A DNA stretch of 44,900 bases, from contig BEIC01000001.1 of assembly GCA_002898875.1 (NCBI GenBank), positions 1 through 44,900 of the forward strand. The letters run 5' to 3'. Under the pieces are notes generated by a model that worked only from the letters and a program-made list of their open reading frames with translations, did not search any database and had not been told where the DNA came from. The DNA is from a bacterium HR26 (GTDB lineage: Bacteria > Chloroflexota > Chloroflexia > Thermomicrobiales > Thermomicrobiaceae). Shown here in pieces: positions 38,545-44,900 of this stretch. Position 1 is the stretch's first letter. Every line of letters starts with the position of its first letter. A program made the translations under genes and the position numbers.

Positions 38545-39516
38545 TCAGGTCGCGCCCACCAGCGGCCGCCCCGACTGATCGACCGCCACGACCGGTGAGA
38601 TGGGCTCAGGCCCGGCAGCGTCCCGTCCCTCGGCGGCCAGCACCCGGCGCAGGGCAACGATCGCGACCTCCAGCATGCCATCGTCCGGCTCGCGGGTCGT
38701 AAGCCGCTGGAGCGCGAGGCTGGGCCAGGTGATGAGACGCACGACCCGGTAGCGATAGTGGGCAGCCGTCCACCGGATGAACTCGTACGCCAGCGCAGCG
38801 ATGACCGGCACCAGCAGAACGCGCGACAGGACACGCCAGACCAGCGGCGGCCGGCCCAGCAGGGCGAACACCAGGATTGAGATCAACACCACGATAAGGA
38901 TGAACCCAGTGCCGCAGCGTGGGTGGAGCAGGCTGTGATGGCGCACGGCCTCGACCGTCAGCGGCTGCCGGGCTTCGTAGGCGTTGATCGCCTTGTGCTC
39001 CGCGCCGTGATAGCCGAAGACGCGGCGGATATCGGACATCTGCCCGATCAGCCCCAGGTATCCGAGGAGCACAGCCAGCCTGATCATCCCTTCGACGAGG
39101 TTGCTCAGAAGATCGCTGGCGATCCAGCGGTCGGCCAGGCTCACCAGCGCGAGCGGCGCCACGAAGAAGAGCCCGATGGAGAAAAGCAGCGAGACCGCGA
39201 CGGTGAGCCACAGCAGACTGGTGGCCTGGCCCGGCGGCGTTCGCCCATCTGCACTCGGCTGCTCTGCGGCCAGGCTCACGTTCGCCGAGAACACCAGTGC
39301 CCGCATGCCCAGCACGAGCGTGTCCCAGAGCACGAGGACGCCTCGCACCAGCGGGACGTTCCGCAGCCGCTGGGCAAGCGTGGCCGGGCTCAGCGGCTCG
39401 TGCCAGACGGCGATCTCACCGCTCGGCAAGCGGACGGCGACTGCCATGTCGTGGCGGCCACGCATCATCACCCCCTCCAGCACCGCCTGGCCGCCGTAGA
39501 CGCGCTGTTCAGCCAT
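38545..39516 (-). CDS. DUF1385 family membrane protein
   Basis: GGQAVLEGVMMR, YHGAEHK, HPRCGT, Q.LTTREP. Confidence 0.92.
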   Translation of the reverse strand: MAEQRVYGGQAVLEGVMMRGRHDMAVAVRLPSGEIAVWHEPLSPATLAQRLRNVPLVRGVLVLWDTLVLGMRALVFSANVSLAAEQPSADGRTPPGQATSLLWLTVAVSLLFSIGLFFVAPLALVSLADRWIASDLLSNLVEGMIRLAVLLGYLGLIGQMSDIRRVFGYHGAEHKAINAYEARQPLTVEAVRHHSLLHPRCGTGFILIVVLISILVFALLGRPPLVWRVLSRVLLVPVIAALAYEFIRWTAAHYRYRVVRLITWPSLALQRLTTREPDDGMLEVAIVALRRVLAAEGRDAAGPEPISPVVAVDQSGRPLVGAT

Positions 39517-39681
39517 GAAGTCCCCACCTCACGGTCACGCCTTGAGCGCCCTGGGTAATCGCTCTGGCCGCTGATTCTACCAGACCGTTCACTGCCCAGC
39601 GGCCGGCAATTGCCCAGCTTTCGAGCCGGTGATACGCTTTCTGCGAATGTCGTGGAGAGCCGCAGGGTGGAGGAGCCGCCG

Positions 39682-41157
39682 ATGCGTGTCGAACCGCTGA
39701 TCTTCGAACTCAGTAAGCCGGGTCGCCGCGGAGTCTCGGTACCTGACCTGGACGTTCCCGAGGCACCCTTGCCGGAAGAGCTACTCCGCGAGGAACTCCC
39801 GCTCCCCGAAGTCAGCGAGATCGACGTGATCCGGCACTTCACACGGCTGTCGCAGCTCAACCACGCCGTCGATATCGACATGTACCCTCTCGGCTCCTGC
39901 ACGATGAAGTACAACCCGAAGATCAACGAAGTCGTGGCACGGCTGCTCGGCTTCGCGCAGATCCACCCGCTGCAGGACCCGCGCACGGTCCAGGGGGCGC
40001 TCGAGCTGATGTACCACCTCCAGTGCTACCTGGCCGAGATCGCCGGCTTCGATGCCGTCACGCTCCAGCCCGCAGCCGGTGCCCACGGCGAGCTGACCGG
40101 TATCCTCATCGCCCGCGCCTACTTCGATAGCATCGGCGACCACGGCCGAACGACCGTGCTGATCCCCGACTCCGCCCACGGCACCAACCCGGCGACGGCG
40201 GCTATGGCCGGCTTCAAGGTTGTCGAGGTGAAGTCAGACAAGCGCGGCAACGTGGACATCGATGAGCTTCGCCGGCTGGCCGGCCCGGATACTGCCGCGC
40301 TAATGATCACCAACCCCAACACGCTCGGCTTGTGGGACGAGCACATCGATGAGATCGTCGAGATCATCCACGGCGTCGGTGGCCTGGTGTACAACGACGG
40401 TGCCAACTTCAACGCAATCCTGGGCATCGCCCGGCCCGGCGACCTCGGCGTCGACATCATGCACTTCAACCTGCACAAGACGTTCTCGACCCCACATGGT
40501 GGAGGAGGCCCGGGTTCCGGGCCAGTCGGCGTGAAGGCCCACCTGGCCAAGTTCCTACCGGGGCCTGTCGTGACGCGCAACGAGGGAGGCGATCCCGAGT
40601 ACACCTGGGCGTGGCCGGAGGTCTCCATCGGCAAGATCCACTCGTTCCACGGCAATTTCGGCATGCATGTCCGCGCCTACACCTATATCCGGATGCACGG
40701 GGCCGAGGGACTGCGCCAGGTCAGCGAGGATGCCGTGCTGGCCGCCAACTACCTGCTGGCACGCCTGCGGGAGCGCTACGAGCTGCCCTACGACCGTACC
40801 TGCATGCACGAGTTCGTGCTTTCGGCCACCCGGCAAAAGCAGCGCGGTGTCCGCGCCATGGATATCGCCAAGCGCCTGCTCGACTTCGGCTTCCACCCTC
40901 CGACGGTCTACTTCCCGCTGATCGTCCCCGAGGCGCTGATGATCGAGCCGACCGAGACCGAGAGCCTTGAGACGCTGGACGCGTTTATCGCCGCGATGCT
41001 CCAGATCGCCGAGGAGGCTGAGCGCGAGCCTGAGCACGTCCAGCACGCACCCCACCGCACGTTCTACAAGCGGCTGGACGAAGTGCGCGCGAACCGTGAG
41101 CTCAACCTCCGCTGGGAGCCACAGCAGAGCGCCCCGCTGCCGGCCGCGGCAGACTGA
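39682..41157 (+). CDS. gcvPB: Glycine dehydrogenase (decarboxylating) subunit 2
   Basis: [50 protein letters not shown]. Confidence 0.97.
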   Translation: MRVEPLIFELSKPGRRGVSVPDLDVPEAPLPEELLREELPLPEVSEIDVIRHFTRLSQLNHAVDIDMYPLGSCTMKYNPKINEVVARLLGFAQIHPLQDPRTVQGALELMYHLQCYLAEIAGFDAVTLQPAAGAHGELTGILIARAYFDSIGDHGRTTVLIPDSAHGTNPATAAMAGFKVVEVKSDKRGNVDIDELRRLAGPDTAALMITNPNTLGLWDEHIDEIVEIIHGVGGLVYNDGANFNAILGIARPGDLGVDIMHFNLHKTFSTPHGGGGPGSGPVGVKAHLAKFLPGPVVTRNEGGDPEYTWAWPEVSIGKIHSFHGNFGMHVRAYTYIRMHGAEGLRQVSEDAVLAANYLLARLRERYELPYDRTCMHEFVLSATRQKQRGVRAMDIAKRLLDFGFHPPTVYFPLIVPEALMIEPTETESLETLDAFIAAMLQIAEEAEREPEHVQHAPHRTFYKRLDEVRANRELNLRWEPQQSAPLPAAAD

Positions 41158-41336
41158 GCCCGTCCCTGCCTACCCTGAGAGCCACCTCGCCGCCGGGTCT
41201 GGCCTCCGCCTTTCCGGCGGAAAGGTCGCCGATCTCGTGGCCACGTGGCGTCGCCGCTGAGCCTTATGGCAAACTGCCAGCCAGGGCGAGACGCCTCTCG
41301 CCCTGATGAGAGAGCATACGGAGGGAGCGCGTTCGG

Positions 41337-41753
41337 ATGGATAAGAAGACGCTGATCGACGGCCTCAACCACGACCTCGCTGGGGAGCTGCAGGCGATCG
41401 TCATGTACATCCACTATGCCGCGGCGGCCACGGGCGTCGAGCGCCTCGAGCTGGCCGAGTTCTTCGAGCGCGAGATCCAGGACGAGCTACGGCACGCCCT
41501 CTTCCTCGCCAACAAGATCACCGCGCTCGGCGGCACGCCGACCGACGAGCCGTTGCCCGTGCCTGAAGCCAGGAACAACCAGGAGATGATCAAGAATGTC
41601 CTCGATGCGGAGGTACGGACGATCGCGGCCTACAGCGAGCGCGTGAAGCAGGCTGAGGAGTTCGGAGACCTGGGGTTGGCGAACGACCTGCAGGACATCG
41701 TATCGGACGAAACACGGCATAAGGAGGAGGCCGAGAAGCTGCTTCGCGCCTGA
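41337..41753 (+). CDS. Ferritin-like (bacterioferritin-related) protein
   Basis: Ferroxidase-type residues: E..AI..Y, DELRHA, E...I..Y, DETRH. Confidence 0.88.
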   Translation: MDKKTLIDGLNHDLAGELQAIVMYIHYAAAATGVERLELAEFFEREIQDELRHALFLANKITALGGTPTDEPLPVPEARNNQEMIKNVLDAEVRTIAAYSERVKQAEEFGDLGLANDLQDIVSDETRHKEEAEKLLRA

Positions 41754-41905
41754 ACCTCTGCGGGGAGCAGCGCGATCGCCTCATGCGAGGGCACGCTACC
41801 CTCATCGAGCGCTCTAGCCGGGGCGGTTGCCTAACCTGCCCGGCCGGTGACGCTCCGGCACCGGGCATGCGCCGGGGACTCCCTTCGACGCTGCACCCAG
41901 CGCGA

Positions 41906-42553
41906 TCAGCGGCCCTCGGGCAACAGGTTCCTCGCCCGCGCCAGCGCTTCGCTCAACTTCTGATGCTCGACCGCCAGGGTGAGGTCGCCCCGGGTACGCT
42001 CGAGCACCCCGCGGACCATATCGGTTGTCCGGCGCAGTGCGTTCGTGACCGCATCGGGGTAGTCCACCTGCACGAGCACGCCGTAGATCTCGTCCATGAC
42101 GTCCAGCATCGCTTCGGCACGTTCAAGCTGGCCGTGCCGCATCGCGTCCAGCACGTGGCGGCGCAGCTCGCCGGCAGCTTCACCTAGCGCGTTCAGGTAG
42201 ACCGCATCGTCCACTTGCAGCGTCTCCGGCCCTGGTAGCGGGTCGCCCCCGATGATCGCCCGGGTCAAGCTGGCCTCAGCGAACTCCTTGTGCGCATCCT
42301 GCACATAGCCGGACCAGTAGATCGCCGGGTAGTCGGCGAGGTCAGCCGTCAACTGCTCCTTGATCCGCCGGGCCTCCGACAGGAGTTCATCGGCCAAGGC
42401 GAAGTCACCTCGATGAACGGCCCGGATGGCGTTCGCGCTGAGCCGGGTGAGCTGGCGGGTTTCGGCCAGCGCGCGCTCCCGGGCGCTGTTCACCAGATCC
42501 AGCCGGGCGAGGATATTCTCGGTAACGCGTGAGATCTCCGACGGGTGCAACAT
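41906..42553 (-). CDS. Translin/TRAX (C3PO) family protein
   Basis: 'RERAL...R.LTR.S..AI..VH', 'A.KEFAEA', 'YL.ALGEAAGELRR', 'LRR..D..R..LE' translin-family pattern. Confidence 0.82.
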   Translation of the reverse strand: MLHPSEISRVTENILARLDLVNSARERALAETRQLTRLSANAIRAVHRGDFALADELLSEARRIKEQLTADLADYPAIYWSGYVQDAHKEFAEASLTRAIIGGDPLPGPETLQVDDAVYLNALGEAAGELRRHVLDAMRHGQLERAEAMLDVMDEIYGVLVQVDYPDAVTNALRRTTDMVRGVLERTRGDLTLAVEHQKLSEALARARNLLPEGR

Positions 42554-42629
42554 CGCCTCATGCTCCTCGCACGTGCGTCTCCATGGCCGATCACCCGCCG
42601 CTACGACGGGCCGTACGCGTCATGACACA

Positions 42630-44402
42630 CTACTGACCTCCACGCTGGCCGACCGGCGTTGCCGCGGGTAGGACGACGCCTGCCTGCTCGAAGATACGGC
42701 GCAGGATCACCAGCGTCGAGGCATAGGTAGAGTCCATGCCGTAATAGGACAACCCGCGAGCGCCCAGGGTGTGCGCTCGGCTGTACGGCGTGTCTGAGGC
42801 ATAGTGAATGATCCCCAGGTCGACCGGGATCTCCGTGAGGTTGACGTGCTCACCCTGCCCGTAGCGGGTCAGGAACGTGTCCTCGTAGAGCGCGTTGAGG
42901 TAGGGTCCGGTCTCCATCTCGACGACCGTGTAGTTCTCGCGGTAGAAGAAGTCGAGGTAGCCCCGGTTCTGCAGGTAGGTGCCGAGCACGGACACCGCTC
43001 GCTGGTGGTCGAGCGCCGAGCCGTAGATCAAGTAGGGCCGGAGATCCTCGGCACTGAAGCAGTTGCGGAACCAGTAGGTGTTGCCGCTGTGCTCGTCGTA
43101 GACGACATCGGTGAGCATCACGTCGCCGATCCGGGCGTTGAGCGTGGCCGCCTTGCCGAGAATGTAGACCCCCTTGAGTTGGTAGGTGCTGGCCGCGATC
43201 TGGGACAGCAGGTGATAGGCGCCGAGACCCAGCGGGTAGTTGATGTTCAGGATTACCGCATCGGTCGAGCGGAGGTCGAACTCGCCCAGGCTCTGGAGCC
43301 GCGGGTCGAAGTCGTCCGGGTACAGCAGGTTCAGCTCGATCACCTGAACCCCGACGTCCACCGGCCCCTCCGGCTCGATGGTCGTGATCCCCCGCTCCCG
43401 CTCCTCCCGGTCGCGCGCCACTCGCTCGTCGGGCCGAGTCACGTAGTAGAGCCGGGCCGCGTAGTAGAGCAGGTTCTCCCAGCTACTCCGCACCTGCCCA
43501 GCCTGGAGCTTCCGCAGTTCGGGCAGGAGCTCCGGGTGCCGGGTGTCCTCGATAAAGCGCACGAGCGCGTCGCGCCGGCGACGTGCGGCACCGGAGAGGA
43601 TATTGGCGATGCTGTGCATGTTCGACGAGACGAAGTAGAGCGGGCGATCGAGCAAGCCACGCTGGCTCATGAAGCGCTCGACCGGGGCCCACCAGGCTCG
43701 CGCCGAGCGCACGTAGCCGACGTAGCTGCCGGCCAGGAACTGGATCGTCAGCCGCTTCTTCACCTGGACGACCTTGCCCAGGTACTCCCAGAAGCGCTCG
43801 CCCCAGGCCTGGCGCAGGCGACGCCAGTCCGCCTCGCCGATCAGCAGGCCGGTTCGCACGCGCTCCTCTACGCCGGGCGGTGGTGGAGACTCGCGGAGCG
43901 CCTGAACCACCGCCTGGCGAAGCCCCTCGTCCTGCTCCGCGAGAGCGTGCATCTTGTTCCACTCGATCTGCCAAGCGACGATCGTTGGGATGACATCGTC
44001 GAGGTCAGATGCCGAGGCCACGTAGGCTGCGAGCGTGCCCTGCCCATCGCTGTACCAGCGGCGTCGGCGGCCCGGCGCCGTCACCGGCTGCCAGCGCTCG
44101 AGGTCAGCAAAGCCGTGTCGGGCAAACGTCGCCGCCGACTGGCCGAGCACGATCCGCTCGGCGTCGACGATGGCCGCCGGCAGGCGAAGCGTGCTGTACA
44201 TGAAGGCGTTCATATCCGGTGCTGGCTCACGGGAACCATGGTGCAGGAGCGATTCGACGTTGAGGTGAGCCGGCACCAGCGTCTCGACCGGCACTGGGCC
44301 GGAACTGCGCAGGAGTGTGTTGTAGGTCTTGACGTAGAGGTCAACCTCGCGCTTGCCGGCCATGTGGCCGTAGGCAGCATCACCGTGCGGCCGGGCTTCC
44401 AC
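42630..44402 (-). CDS. Conserved hypothetical protein with a C-terminal nucleoside phosphorylase/nucleosidase-like region
   Basis: 590-aa ORF with a GAGGAG RBS and GTG start; 'ILGKAATL...IGDVML', 'VVEMETGP' and 'YASD' resemble PNP/UDP-family motifs. Confidence 0.7.
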   Translation of the reverse strand: MEARPHGDAAYGHMAGKREVDLYVKTYNTLLRSSGPVPVETLVPAHLNVESLLHHGSREPAPDMNAFMYSTLRLPAAIVDAERIVLGQSAATFARHGFADLERWQPVTAPGRRRRWYSDGQGTLAAYVASASDLDDVIPTIVAWQIEWNKMHALAEQDEGLRQAVVQALRESPPPPGVEERVRTGLLIGEADWRRLRQAWGERFWEYLGKVVQVKKRLTIQFLAGSYVGYVRSARAWWAPVERFMSQRGLLDRPLYFVSSNMHSIANILSGAARRRRDALVRFIEDTRHPELLPELRKLQAGQVRSSWENLLYYAARLYYVTRPDERVARDREERERGITTIEPEGPVDVGVQVIELNLLYPDDFDPRLQSLGEFDLRSTDAVILNINYPLGLGAYHLLSQIAASTYQLKGVYILGKAATLNARIGDVMLTDVVYDEHSGNTYWFRNCFSAEDLRPYLIYGSALDHQRAVSVLGTYLQNRGYLDFFYRENYTVVEMETGPYLNALYEDTFLTRYGQGEHVNLTEIPVDLGIIHYASDTPYSRAHTLGARGLSYYGMDSTYASTLVILRRIFEQAGVVLPAATPVGQRGGQ

Positions 44403-44900
44403 GTCGACTCCTCTCCGCGAGCGGCTCTCCGCGGAGTATACCGCTCGCCGCTGGTGCTTGGCGGCTGCTGCTACCGAGTAGCGGGGAGCCCCGGTCGTGA
44501 TCGCGGCGATCGTTTAGGCGAGTGGGCCAACCATTCGCTCGCAGCGGTACTAAAGTGATGACCGCCTGTGAAATGCCGGCATGCTTAGCCATGCGATCGT
44601 GAGATCCAGTGGCGGCGCTGGTAACCGGGCGACCGCACGTGTGGACTGTCTCAGCACTGAGCTAACGACATGGCGGAGCGTCGTTCAGGTGGACCTCGTC
44701 GGCGTGGCTGATGATCCCAGCAAGCTCTATACTCCGCCTGTCAGCATTCCGTGTAGGCGATGATGCAAGGTAATCACTCGAACATGCGACCCTCCGGGTA
44801 TCCTGGCATGCGGCCCACCATTACCATGTTTGCGGCTCTGTACGGCAAATTGACATTCCATCCCTGGTACGATCCGCTCGTAGCCACTGAAGACGCGTAT

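Noticed and set aside
39517-39681. Glycine riboswitch before gcvPB
   Set aside because: A GGAGAG occurs, but no CCGAAG/CUCUCAGG aptamer elements, and the gap is short.
42804-44558. 584-aa plus-strand ORF
   Set aside because: Antisense shadow of the 590-aa minus-strand gene; V/E/D/R-rich with no motifs, typical of high-GC codon bias.
44850-44873. TTGACA...TACGAT as a sigma70 promoter
   Set aside because: The spacer is only 12 nt; at most an extended -10, and the downstream gene is outside the window.
1-44900. CRISPR arrays, tRNA/rRNA genes, IS elements, prophage
   Set aside because: No regularly spaced repeats, cloverleaf signatures, transposase/integrase ORFs or obvious compositional shift seen by eye.

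Overview
High-GC bacterial chromosomal window, densely coding and mostly housekeeping. Gene content (YF.ETGH-type surface repeats, GAAC-N4-GTTC LexA box, RimI with an insertion) suggests Chloroflexota, probably Thermomicrobia; this is an inference. Main blocks: (1) CBS protein, FAD oxidoreductase, DUF503, an uncharacterised PD-(D/E)xK-like protein plus a J-domain coiled-coil protein, and a TPP enzyme; (2) a cobalamin riboswitch-controlled operon with an alpha-barrel surface protein, a transcobalamin-beta-like stalked membrane protein, EcfT and a fused ECF ATPase, but no S component; (3) a frameshifted pseudogene, a DarA/PstA-like PII protein, LexA-boxed recA and an ABC exporter; (4) DUF1326/DUF2182 and an SH3-NlpC/P60 hydrolase with a long leader; (5) an ~11.7 kb minus-strand run GT4-thiL-amidase-tsaE-tsaB-rimI-tsaD-IMPase-HDAC-hisH-hisA-coiled-coil-hisF; (6) HelY-like helicase, lipB/lipA, Cys-less AhpD-like protein, GNAT, argH, DUF1385, stand-alone gcvPB, ferritin-like protein, a translin/TRAX homologue and a nucleosidase-fold protein. 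I saw no rRNA, tRNA, CRISPR array or mobile element. The best candidates for undescribed systems are the split transcobalamin-like B12 capture/ECF operon, the translin plus nucleosidase-fold pair, and the PD-(D/E)xK plus J-domain pair. All calls come from motif recognition by eye; no searches were run.
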